Shown: positions 1-12,030 of the stretch, one piece after another
Layout: each line of letters begins with the position of its first letter
Position numbering within the stretch: position 1 is the stretch's first letter
Assembly: GCF_001194135.2 (NCBI RefSeq)
Contig: NC_068992.1
Span: 28,027,038-28,091,037 of the forward strand
Source: Octopus bimaculoides
Lineage: Eukaryota
DNA: 64,000 nucleotides
Direction: 5' to 3'
Notes under the pieces: model-generated
What the model was told of the DNA's origin: nothing
Databases searched by the model: none
The model's input: the letters and a program-made list of their open reading frames with translations, nothing else
Program-made: the position numbers and the translations under genes

Positions 1-249
1 CTATTAACATCTGGTATTCATGGTTTGTTCACATTATGTTGTCAGAAAATATATTGTGGATCCAAATTAAATGAGAGCATCACCTGAAATGATTAAGTAT
101 CTAACTGGCACACAACTGTCAACAATTTAACTGCAGAAGTATCTAGCTAAAAGTAAACCATTGACTTGGAGTAATCCTTTGTCAGAGTTCCTTGTTCTGT
201 GATCTGGTGGTCTCTGAGGAACCTAGGAGTAGATGAATGACTTGTTAGA

Positions 250-760
250 GCCATGCAAGCCATGTGCAGGGGTGCTATTAGGAGTTGACCATGAGTACAG
301 CAATAAATTTAGGGTACAGGTACAACTTTTCCATGGATTAGTACCTAGTCCCCTCCTATTTATCATTGTCCTCTCAGCTAAAACAGAAGAATTTAAGACT
401 GGCTGCCCTATTATATGATGATGATCTTATGCATGTAGTGGAATATGTTGTAGAATTGAAGAAATTCAAGGTTTGGAAGCAAAATCTGGATTCAAAAGGC
501 CTTAATGTTAACCTAACAAAGACCAAAGTTGTAGTTAAGAAACAGATGGGACCCTCTCTCCAGCAGGTAGATGACCTTGTGCAATATGTAGGAAAAGTGT
601 TGTCAGGAATTCCATTTGATGTCCATAATGCAATCTATGGACACAAGAAGTGTGATAGAATCACAGGAACGTCAAGAGAAAGTAGTCTTTCATTGTGGCA
701 GATGTGGAAGAAGAATAAATAAGGACACAGGAATTTCTCAGGTGGTTGTGGAAAGCTTTT
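250..760 (+). mobile_element. Degenerate RTE-type LINE reverse-transcriptase fragment
   Basis: LYDDDL (YADD-like), KFKVWKQNLDSKGLNVNLTKTKV; homologous to the RTE copy at 26-28 kb; frameshifted. Confidence 0.75.
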
Positions 761-1411
761 AGCCAAACTCATTGATGACTAAGGGCCGAGATATCTGATG
801 CACTGCTCAAGAAGACTTGTCTATGAAATGGTTGGCATTGGGAAGAGCATCCAGCCTTAGAAATAATGCCAAAGCAGACAATGGAGCTTGGTGCAACCCC
901 TGCCCTTACTAGTTCTAGTCTGATTTGGCATGGTTTCTACAGCTGCATGCCCTTCTTAACACCAATCACTGTGAGAGTGTAATGGGTGCTTTTACGTGCC
1001 ACCAGCACAGGTGCCATTTGCATGACACCAGTATCTGCCATGAATATGGTTTTACTTGATTTGATGGGTCTTCTTCTTAAGCATGGCCTAATGCCAAAAG
1101 TCTTGGCTATTTGTCATTTCCTCTGTGAGGCAAGTGCTTTTCACATGCCACTGACATCGGCCACCTTGCCCTCCGTAAGGCCAAGGCTTGAAAGGAACTT
1201 TTTATGTACCACCAGCATGAGTGCCAGTTAAATGACACCAGCATTGGCCACGACCACGATTTCACTTGGTTTTATATATCTGAAACTTACTCTCTTACAC
1301 ATAGGCTGAAATCAAATTCTTTTCTCTGAGACCTATTTTAATTTTGGCAACAGCTGTTTTTGTTTTCTCGTTACATATTCGCAATATTTTTCTTTGTCCT
1401 CATTTGTTTAG

Positions 1412-1564
1412 AGACACAGACATGGACTACCTGTGAAGCAAATGGAGAAATTCCAAAACCATCATCAGGATCTGCATTGGCTGCTATTGGAAACATTCTT
1501 TATTTGTTTGGTGGACTTAACCAGGATGTGGGATGGTTCAATACTGTACATGCTTATAATACTG
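1412..1564 (+). CDS. Kelch-repeat protein, first coding exon visible in window (phase 1-1)
   Basis: tttgtttag acceptor and ACTG|gtttgt donor; 153 nt; ETQTWTTCEANGEIPKPSSGSALAAIGNILYLFGGLNQDVGWFNTVHAYNT with kelch W and YLFGG motifs. Confidence 0.92.
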
Positions 1565-2605
1565 GTTTGTATATATTTTTTGGCTTGAGTAGTGTGTAAT
1601 CATTTGTGATTGTGTTTATGGGTTTGTACTTGAGTACAGACTTTCCAAATTCCAGGTATATGTTAGGTCATGACTGGTTGAACAAGAGCACAAGTGTGTT
1701 CATGTAAATGTATACTATGTTTGAAAGATACTTTTGAAATAACCATATGTATTTGAATTTATCTGGTGGTGGATTGGAGGGTGTAAAAAAAAACAAAAAA
1801 CAGTTGCTTTTAAGTGTATGCATATATTAATAGCGCTGGCATAGTTTCTGAAAGACAATAGTTTGTTGTGCCACTAGTTTTCAAGGGATGTTTATCAAGT
1901 CAATGATTTATGCAAATGCACACCTAGTCACACATTCGCATCTGTGAACTCTCATTTTTGTTATACTGTACATGATTCATCAGGATACGGTATATAGTGA
2001 GAACACCTGGCTTAGTGGTTAGGGTGTTGCACTCATGATTGTGAGATCGTAGTTTCAATTCCTAGACCAGGTGGTGCATTGTATTCTTGAGCAAAACACT
2101 TCAATTCACGTTGCTCTACAATCACTTTGATGCCTGGTGCGTGGTACACACTGCACCTGTTCAGAAAACGGTTATTTGATGGAGGGAGTGAGCTAATGTG
2201 CAGCACGAACATCTGATCATTATAAACAAATCGTGTAGGTCATTTGGCAAAAATGCTGAACACTCGTACATTGCTTTTGATGGGAGAGTCCATTACACAC
2301 ACAGGCAGGTTTGGCTGTGGTGAGAAGTTTGCACTGTAGTCTTGGGCTGACCTAAGCCTTGTACGTGGATTTGATAGACAGAAACTGAAAGAAGCTTGTC
2401 TTGTGTGTCTTATTGTCTGTTTGTACACTGTTACTTCTTGACATCCCCTAACTTAGCAGTTTTTCGAAAGTGACTGATAGAATAAGTACAAAGCTTTAAA
2501 AAAGCATAAAAAAAGTACTGGAGTCAATTTGTTTGGCTAACATCCTTCAAGTCAGTGCCCCAGGATAGCCACAGTCTAATGGCTAAAACAAGTAAGAGAC
2601 ACGTA

Positions 2606-3050
2606 TGGCACCCGTGTCAGTGGAGCGCTAACAGTACCATCCGAGCGTGATCATTGCAAGAGCAGCTGTCTGGCTTCCGTGCTGGTGGCCTGTAAATAGC
2701 ACCATTTGAGTGTGATCATTACCAGCGTTGCCTTACTGGCACTTGTGCTGGTGGTACATGAAAAAACATTTGAGCGAGGTCATTGCCAGTGCCGCTGGAC
2801 TGGCTCCTGTGCAGGTGGCACGTAAGAAACACCATTTGAGCGTGGTTGTTGGCAGTACCGCCTGACTGGCCCTCGTGCCGGTGGCACGTAAAAGTACCCA
2901 CTACACTTTCGGAGTGGTTGACGTTAAGAAGGGCATCCAGCTATAGAAACTATGCCAGATCAGATTGGAGCCTGGTGCAGCCATCTGGTTCTCCAATCCT
3001 CAGTCAAATCGTCCATCCCATGCTAGCATGGAAAGCGGACGTTAAACGAT
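2606..3050 (+). mobile_element. RTE-associated 3' end/short retroposon containing about 64-bp tandem subrepeats
   Basis: Shared tail agggcatccagct(g/a)tagaaac...gcatggaaagcggacgttaaa also at about 830-1280, 6760-6965, 8950-9125(-), 10440-10600, 17740-17930, 25560-25710, 28540-28670(-), 29140-29335, 31600-31740(-). Confidence 0.65.
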
Positions 3051-3065
3051 ATCTATATCTATCTA

Positions 3066-3098
<33 letters not shown>

Positions 3099-3406
3099 NN
3101 NNNNNNNNNNNNNNNNNNNNNNNNNNNNNNNNNNNNNNNNNNNNNNNNNNNNNNNNNNNNNNNNNNNNNNNNNNNNNNNNNNNNNNNNNNNNNNNNNNNN
3201 NNNNNNNNNNNNNNNNNNNNNNNNNNNNNNNNNNNNNNNNNNNNNNNNNNNNNNNNNNNNNNNNNNNNNNNNNNNNNNNNNNNNNNNNNNNNNNNNNNNN
3301 NNNNNNNNNNNNNNNNNNCATACATACATACATACATACATACATACATACATACATACATACATACATACATACATACATACATACATACATACATACA
3401 TACATA

Positions 3407-6060
3407 CGCAGACTTTGCATATAACAGACACCTCGGGACCAGGAAAATTTGTCTGTTATAACCGAAAACAAAGTGAAACCCGTTTGTACTGCACACCCTT
3501 CTATGGGGTATACTGTTCATGATTCATCAGGATACGCTATCAAGTTTCAATCTGTGGATCCATGACTATTAAATAAAATTCAACACTTTGAAAAAATGTC
3601 TTCCACCTTTGGCCATTCTACTGGGAGAAGAAACCATTGTAAAGTATTCAAAGCAGAATAGGCATCACCACTTGTGGGTGGGGTATTGGATTCACTGCCG
3701 TCTTCATTCCCACCATCGTCACCAGCTTCGTCGTCGATGTCATCTGCGGAGCTTCTCAATTCTGTGACAATCTCCTTGTCAGTCCAATCCTTGGTAGTAC
3801 TGACTTCAGCTGAATTGAGGTTCACATATTCATCTAATGGCGGAAGTTTTACACTCAAAATGTCATTTAGATGATCCCAAATGTTTCGAGAAACCATGTA
3901 GTCACCATCATCATCATCCTGGATTTCCTTATCTGCAATTCTAACTTCACTTGTCTCTTCTGCACTTTCGTTTGCAGGTTGTTTGGCAAAACCAGCTTTC
4001 TTACAACAGTTTCACATTTCACCATCTTCCAGCTGGATTTCATAGCTAGTAAACAATCCAGAATGTCTCATTTGAAATCTTGATTGTTTTCAGAAGCTGC
4101 TAGTCGTTGGCCAGCCAGTATTCTTCTGTAGTGGAATTTCAAGCTCTTTATAATTTCCTGTGTCCATAGATTGTGTTACAGATGTGGTATTTGGTGGGAG
4201 GAAGATCAGCCCGATGTTTTCCAGTTCTATTTGTGGATAGGCTGAGCAGTTGTCGACGATCATAGCTACTTTTCGATTTTCATTTCTCATGCAATGGTCA
4301 AAATTTCTCATCTCGGATTCGAAAATGTCACCACCCATCAAAGCTTTTTTATTCACCTAGTACATAACAGGAGGATTCTTGAATGCATGTGGTTTTACAC
4401 TTTTACCTATTGCGAGAAGCAGCATTTTTCAGACCTGTCCATGTTGGAGCTGACCAGTAAAGTTATTCTCGTTTTGAGTTGCTTTTTCTCTTTATTCTGT
4501 TCACCAATAGACCCGAGGCTGCTGTCTGGTAACGTTTGTCAAAATAGACCAGTTTTGTCACAATTGAATGTGTCATGTCTATGATAGCATGTAAGAACGT
4601 CATTTATCACACCTTCTCTCCACTCCTCAACCACAACCAGGTCCACACCTCTGGATTCATCTGGCTTCAGGATCTTTCCCACATTCTAGCGTTTCTTCCA
4701 CCTTTCAATCTGTGCAGTACTCGGCATGGTTTCTTGGTTGAATTCCTTTGCAAAATATGCAGCTTTCTGTATCAGCATTTCCCCATCAATACATAAATCT
4801 CAGTTGCAGTAATATTGTCTGAACCAAATAATGAGTGTCTGGTCTACATCATCATAATTTGTCCTGCAGAATTGCTTTCTAGAAGTGTCTGGTCTCGAAT
4901 CCTTCTTTCTGAATTCCTTTCTGATCTTGTTCTTGTTTTTAATGTCACTGAGTGTCTGCTTTGGTATTTAAAAGCGTGAGGCAATAGCTATCTTTTTCAT
5001 CATGCTGTTCTAGTCACAGTATTTTTATCGGTGATTAGAGCACTACTTTGCGAACTGCTCATCTTAAATGGAAAGTTCAACATGAAAAAATACAAATTTG
5101 CACAACAAAAATGTGATAAAATGCATGGAGCTTTGTGCTTTTCATCACTGCAAGTGGAAATTTTCTAAGTTCCTATGTAGCATATAGATGTAATTTATTT
5201 TTTAAAACTTAAAAAAAATTTTTTTTATTGCCCACAAGGGGCTAAACATAGACGGGACAAACAAGGACAGACAAAGGGATTAAGTCGATTACATCGACCC
5301 CAGTGCGTAACTGGTACTTAATTTATCGACCCCGCAAGGATGAAAGGCAAAGTCAACCTCGGTGGAATTTGAACTCAGAACATAACAGCAGACGAAATAC
5401 TGCTAAGCATTTCGCCTGGCGTGCTAACTTTTCTGCCAGCTTGCTGCCCTGAAGCATATCGATGTAATTTGTGACACTGAATCCGAATTTGTTATTCATT
5501 TATTCCAGAAAAATTTTGTGTAAATGTTACAGGTGTTCAGATTTCAGAATTTTCAGCCAGTAGTAAACAGTGTGTTTGCTGCCTCTTCTATCTGTCACAG
5601 TAGTGAAAAGGAGGGGAGGGGGCGCTGGCATGTTAAAACATTAGAAATAAGTGAAAAACATTACATGAGCAAATTAAATATTTAAAAGCTACAAGCAAAT
5701 CAACTAGAGTTGCTAGAAATATGTCAAAACATTAAAATATGCAGAAGCAAAGTAAACAGTGTGAAACATTAAAACATACACAAGCAAATTAAATATCTTG
5801 AAGCTATGAGCAAACCAACTGGATTTGCTAGAAATAAGTCGAAACCTTGCTTAAAACAGACACTTATTAGTTAAAAAATAACCAAGGAAATTTACATTGT
5901 TTTTTTACCATTAGGCTAAGAAAAATCGTCCGTCATCAGTGATTGTCTGTTGTATCCGAGTCCATTATAGGAGCCAAAATCTATGAAATTTCCATTATGA
6001 AAATCCAGACCGGACAATTTTGTCTGTCATATCTGTGTATGTTATATCCAAAGTCTACTG
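3407..6060 (-). mobile_element. Tigger/pogo (TIGD-like) DNA transposon, decayed transposase
   Basis: TIRs CGCAGACTTTGCATATAACAGACAC vs reverse complement of the right end CAGTAGACTTTGGATATAACATACAC; TA on both sides; DDE_1 motifs IVDNCSAYP and FLPPNTTSVTQSMD in 4090-4356; Tigger-type C-terminus in 3580-3897. Confidence 0.85.
5197..5452 (-). mobile_element. tRNA-derived SINE (family A) nested in the Tigger element
   Basis: gaatttgaactcagaac B-box-like segment; 18-bp TSD agcatat(a/c)gatgtaattt at 5179-5196 and 5453-5470. Confidence 0.85.
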
Positions 6061-6101
6061 TATGTATATATGTTTATAACTCCACTTCTTTTTGTTGTCA
6101 G

Positions 6102-6232
6102 TTAAAAATACCTGGTCTCTTTTGAGCACAAGTGGCACTGTTCCCAGCCCACGAGATAAAGTGTCCTGTGTAGCTGCTGGCAAGAATATTTACTACTTTG
6201 GTGGATTTGGACCCAAAATGTCAGAAGATAAT
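6102..6232 (+). CDS. Kelch-repeat protein exon (phase 1-0)
   Basis: ttttgttgtcag acceptor, AAT|gtaagt donor; VKNTWSLLSTSGTVPSPRDKVSCVAAGKNIYYFGGFGPKMSEDN; not in ORF track, read manually. Confidence 0.92.
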
Positions 6233-7807
6233 GTAAGTGTACTCTATTTTTGTACTCTTGGTCAGATTTAATTATCTGTTTTGATTTCTAATGGAATGTA
6301 GTTTCTCCATAGCAGTTTTTCAAATCATTGTCCAATACTTTCCTCTTCACTTTGTTCCATGTCATTCTTGTCTTCAATTCTGCTTCTGTCATGTGATCCT
6401 TGTGCATCCAACCTACTTAATCATTGAAGATATTTTTTTAGGAAGATGAAGAGGAGGAGGCTGAAGATGATAAAGATGCAGATGAAGAAGCGTCTTCATT
6501 CCTGTTTAGTTTTAACTATTGTGGATTTAAATGATTAAATAAGATAGAAAAATTCCTTTAGTAAACCTTTGTGTCCACAGGTTTCTTTGTCTTTGAGTTT
6601 TGCTGTGTTTAATGTAACATATAAGATGTTAGTCTACCACAGGTAACTTTCCCGGATCTAATCCTTATTCCTGCCCTTATTTACTCGTTTCCCCGCTCTT
6701 TCTGTACATTACTGACAGACTTATTTCTAACAGGCACTGCTATGGAAATAGTACCATGCTTCATTTTGGTGCTGCATAAGATGCACTTGTGCTGGTGCCA
6801 TGTAGGATGCATCCAGCAAACTCTGTAAACTGGTTGGTGCTATGAAGAGCATCCAACCATAGAAACCATGTCAAAACAAACAGTTGGAGCCTGGATAGCT
6901 CTCTGGCTGGACAGCTCCTGTCAAACCATCCAACCCATGCCGGCATGGAAAACAAACGTTAAATGAGGATACGGAATTGATGACACATGATTGTTTAGTC
7001 TGCTAATACTAGCTGCTAAATCTCCCTTGAATTGCACTTAGATACATTTGATAATGTCCTGTGTTTGGAAAGTGAGATGATGATGGCTGTATTAAGGCTG
7101 ACTTGGAGTCGAAGAACATGCAACCTCAATGCTTCATGACCGATTTTCATTGCCTCCAAGAACAAACCTTGAAAATATCCTTTAATGGGAACATAACAAC
7201 CTCATCTCCCTTAACAGTACAAAGACCCAATTATTGCATTATCAAGGTAATGGATTGTTACACGCTCCATTCTCTATCCATGACCACAATTAAAGCCTTC
7301 AGAAGTTACTCCAAAGGTTCTAATCTGTTGGTCTTTCACAGCATAAAGCATTACCAAATCAGCTTTTCATAGACTAAAGTTTTTCTCTTCTACAGTGCTA
7401 GAAAATTTATCCTCAATAGATTATTTTTCTTGACCCCCCCCCCCAAATCAAATAAGACCCCCGTGAGACTCTTACTCCTATCTATGTCATAATACTGCTG
7501 CTACACACAGGCAGCTTTGACTGCATCAGAAAGAAAGACATTTGGTTGATTGGAAGAGATTCTGTCATCAACAGGGTTCAAACATTGCGTCATGGATCTG
7601 CTGTTTCTTCTTTGTCATCTCTATCTCAGTAACAACCTCTACTTCTTTAAATTAATTACATGCCACTTGTCTCTACTTTTCCATATTGCTTCACTCCTCC
7701 TTGACTCTCCACTAATCTTTTCCTGTTTCCACCTCTTTATTTCATCCATTTTTGCCACCCAGTATTCTAGACAGGGTAGTAGTGTTAGTCCTCAGGTATC
7801 TCTAGAG

Positions 7808-8073
7808 CAGTGCTTCTCAAACTATCTGTTGTGGCATACTGGCAGCTTTTTTTTTCCAATGTGCCAGGGACCAGTAATATTAATTTATTCTGGAAACAAT
7901 ATAATGAATAAAATAAAAGTTGACAATTTTTTAATCTTATATTTATTTTATAAACAAATATAATATTACATAAGCATTTTATAACCTTTCTTTTCTGGAA
8001 ACTCACCATGTACTGGCAGGTGATGGCTCACGGACTGGCACCAGTCCGTGGACCACCACTTTGAGTAGCACTG
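7808..8073. mobile_element. hAT/Charlie-type MITE
   Basis: TIRs CAGTGCTTCTCAAA / TTTGAGTAGCACTG; 8-bp TSD ctctagag / ttctagag. Confidence 0.85.
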
Positions 8074-8710
8074 TTCTAGAGGGTCTTGTGTCATTAAACT
8101 TTCCCAAACGTGACCAACTGAGACTACAGATATCCAACCATCTTGTTTGTTGCCTTCTCCTAGGTTTCCTGCCAGTTGGCTCAACTTGAAGAATTTGTCT
8201 TGTGATTCTTTTGTGACATTCTCTTTGTTTATCAACTATTTACATCTCCCCTCATTGTATATATTTGGCTGTGTTGTTTTTTTTTTTATTTTGGAGAATC
8301 ATACAGGTTTTTGGTTGTTGTCAAATAAAATATTATGGAAGCAAAACCTTTCAATTAATCTTTTTTTGAGTCTGGGTACTTTGGCTTATCTGTTTTGGAT
8401 AATCTGAATACTTCTGCTTATTCCACAACATGATCATGGAAAAGTGATAGTAACTCTTTAACACTTAAACTGGCTGTATCCAACCAAAATATTCTACTTG
8501 CTTTATGTTCAAACTGGCCATTTCTCACCCTTCACACTTACCCTACAATGTCATTCTAAAAATAAACCCTTGAAGGTACAAGATATTTCATGATTAATTC
8601 AAAACAATGTGAATAAACAAACATTACTCTTGATAGAATAATGTGAATGCTAAAAGGTTAACCGTTACAGTGAGATTTGTACCTCTTAATCATTGAAGAT
8701 ATTTTTTTAG

Positions 8711-8846
8711 GAAGATGAAGAGGAGGAGGCTGAAGATGATAAAGATGCAGATGAAGAAGCGTCTTCTGAAGAAGAGGAGGAAGATGGCTTGCAGCAGAAA
8801 GGAGTTGAATTCAAATGGTTTGATGACTTGTATATCTTCAATACAG
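8711..8846 (+). CDS. Kelch-repeat protein exon with acidic insertion (phase 0-1)
   Basis: atttttttag acceptor, ACAG|gtgtgt donor; EDEEEEAEDDKDADEEASSEEEEEDGLQQKGVEFKWFDDLYIFNT; the WFDDLYIFNT end completes the blade begun in the previous exon. Confidence 0.9.
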
Positions 8847-10874
8847 GTGTGTATGTACCATCTGAACCTAACATTTTTGATCCGTAATTACTGTTGTATT
8901 ATTTGGTGACTTAGTCAAACCATGGCAATCGATCAGTTGAAGTAACATCATCATTTAACATCTGTTTTCCATGCTGGTATGGATTGGCTGGTTTGACATG
9001 AGCTGGCAAGGCCAGGAGTTACACCAGGTCCAATTGTCTACTTCGGCATGATTTCTACATCTGGATGCCCTTCCAAATGCCAGCCACTTTGCAGAGTGTA
9101 CTGGGTGCTTTTTACATGGTACCAGCACTAAAATATTTCACTGACTGCTCTTTACATTGTTGGTTTCTGAGATGGGGTAGATCTCTTATATAAAACAAGT
9201 GATCTAATACAGTGAAGGGTTTGTAGGAGATTTGCTTGTTACAAGATTCAACAATCAAATTTGGACTATTTGGTGTTTCGATATTGGTGAGAGTTAAACC
9301 TACATTAGTTTCTCTCTCCTCTATGGACTAAGAATTTAAATTTCCCCTGGTCAGTGGTTTCCATGTTACGTTACTGTCTGGTACTGAGTCCTGCATGTAT
9401 CTGTATGTATATATATATATTGTATGCGTGCATATTGTTTCTTTGAACAGCCCCAAAAGCACAAATACTATTCATTGTCAAGGCAAATCTCATACATGTG
9501 TGTGTGTGGGGTGTGTGTGTCGTGTTGTATCTCTTTGAACAGCCCCAAAATCACGAGCTGTATTCAATTATCAAGACAGCATCCTCACACCATAGTCATC
9601 CAAAATTAGCAGCACTTGGCAACACTTCCTGCTCCATCCAAATGTTGGGTCACTCACTTTTATTGAAAACACATCCTGAGCATACCAGGATTGTATCTCA
9701 AATACAGGCCCTTCTCTTTAGGTCTAGAAAATATTTTAGCTCCCCACCCTAAATTATTGACACTACAAAGTTCAAGTCTGGTCCTTAATGGAATATTGTC
9801 ACATTTAAGATAGTGTTGCTGTTACACACGCTGACATCCCTGGGTCACATCTAGAGAAGGGCCTCTAAACTGATTGGCGTAAAAATCATAGAAACCTGCT
9901 TCAGTCTGTGGCCCACGTACAATGTCTCTTGTCTCTCTTTTTTTATTGCTTGTATAATGGCCTCTGTTTTCTCTTATACATCCTCTCCTCAGCCACTCTC
10001 AACTTAGTTGTCTTGTCTCTCATCATACTTGGTCGTCTGACTCCCTCAGGCCCTGTACTGGTCATTATGTCAAGTTTTTGCTTCCTTGAACATCTGTCCC
10101 CTGGAATTTCGTCTCAGCTTATGACTTTTCTACAATACTCTGAACAACATGCAAGGCATCAATTTCGTCGGTATTGGACAGCCTGCAGAAGCTATGGGCA
10201 TCACCCATTTCTCCAGTGAGTAACAAAAAAAGATAGAAAACTATGCTGATTTACTAACCTTTTTCTTATTGCTAAGGGATCAGCTGTTGAATGAAACCCA
10301 TTGGGGCAAATCAAGTCATGGAGGTAGCATTGTGTAGAGACAAACACAACTGCATTAGCGTGTCAGGTTGTTTGGCTAGAGCTTGAACCCTCCTTCTGCT
10401 GTGGGTCGGTGTCCTTTTTATTTTTTTCATAATTGTGCCGGGACCACTTAGAGAACACCCAATATCCTCTGTAAAGTGGTTGGTTTAAGGAAAGGCATCC
10501 AGCTGTAGAAACCATGCCAAAACAGACAATGAAACCTGGTGTGGCTCCTGACCGTACCAGCTCCCGTCAAACTGTCCAACCTGTGCCAGCATAGAAAATG
10601 GACATTAACCCTTTAGCATTTAAACTGGCCATATCCAGCAGAAACAATCTAATGTTTTACTTGCAAACTGGCCAGTTCCAGCCTCTCACACTTACCCTAC
10701 AATATTATTCTGAAAAATAATCAATTGAAATTTCATGACTACAAGATAATGCATGACTAATTCAAAACAATGTGTTATAAATAAGCATTACATTTGATGG
10801 CGTAATCTGAATGTTAAATGATGAATTGTTATATTGTTTAATTTTTTTTTTTTTTTTTTTTTTTTTTACTGTAG

Positions 10875-11027
10875 AAACGGATGTCTGGTCTCAGCCTATG
10901 CATATGAATTTGGCTGTGCCATCAGCCAGAGCTGCTTCAACAATGTGTGTCTTAGGACGAGATATTATCATCTTCGGTGGTCGTGATTGCAAAGGCAGAC
11001 AAAATGATGTTCATACCTACAACATAG
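10875..11027 (+). CDS. Kelch-repeat protein exon (phase 1-1)
   Basis: poly-T/actgtag acceptor, ATAG|gtaagg donor; ETDVWSQPMHMNLAVPSARAASTMCVLGRDIIIFGGRDCKGRQNDVHTYNI. Confidence 0.93.
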
Positions 11028-11549
11028 GTAAGGCAGTTTGGTAATACTTCTATTAACAGAGCTTGAATTATGTTACGTTTTTATTTGGATTTACTGTCTT
11101 GATTGTTTTACTGGGGCCCATGATTCATTTGTAGCTTTCATTTTTGGCTAGTTTTCTGCAGTTCAATATCCTTTCTATTGCCAATCATATATACTGGGTA
11201 CATTTGATCATGGCATTAGTACCAGAGAAATTATTTGTCTTTGTGAGATTCAACTTGTCTCTACTTCTTCATTTGCTCATCAGAAGGTGACAAAAGGGAA
11301 TCAGTGTGTGACTGATAGGGGAGTCATGGAACAGAACCACTGATAAGGAAAGGGTGAGAGTAAAAGAAAAGTGCAGGATATTTTTGGTGAGGAGACTGGA
11401 TAGAACCAGCTTGAGTGGTGGGGGGAAGATGGAGGGAACAAAGAGGGTGTACTGGAAGTGAGTGAGGGACATGAACGATGAATGATAGAGGAGGGAGTAT
11501 TGTGAGAATGATGGAATATTAGAGATAGAGGAGGGAGTATTGCAAGAAA

Positions 11550-11780
11550 GGCGGCGAGCTGGCAGAAACGTTAGCACACCGGGCGAAATGCTTAGCGGTA
11601 TTTCGTCTGCCGTTACGTTCTGAGTTCAAATTCTGTCGAGGCCGACTTTGCCTTTCATCCTTTCGGGGTCGATAAATTAAGTGCCAGTTGCACACTGGGT
11701 CGATGTAATCGATTTAATCCCTTTGTCTGTCCTTGTTTGTCCCCTCTATGTTTAGCCCCTTGTGGGCAATGAATACATAA
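11550..11780 (+). mobile_element. tRNA-derived SINE (family A)
   Basis: ggcggcgagctggcagaaacg...ctgagttcaaatt...ccccttgtgggcaat; inserted into a GA-rich minisatellite. Confidence 0.85.
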
Positions 11781-12030
11781 GAGGGAGTGTTAGAAATAGA
11801 GGGAGTATTGTGAGAGTGATTGAGTATTGGAGATAGAGGAAGGAGTATTGCAAGAGGGGGAGTGTTAGAAATAGAGGGAGTATTGTGAGTGATTGAGTAT
11901 TGGAGATAGAGGAAGGAGTATTGCAAGAGGGGGAGTGTGAGAAATAGAGGGAGTATTGTGAGAGTGATTGAGTATTGGAGATAGGAGTATTGCAAGAGGG
12001 GGAGTGTTAAAGATAAAGGAGAGAATATTG
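11781..12030. repeat. GA-rich minisatellite, about 76-bp unit built from GAGTATT subunits
   Basis: About three near-identical units; degenerate copies continue upstream (11400-11549). Confidence 0.8.

Noticed and set aside
2606-2900. About 64-bp periodic array, superficially CRISPR-like
   Set aside because: Whole units are homologous (no unique spacers), it is part of a retroposon tail, eukaryotic context, no cas genes.
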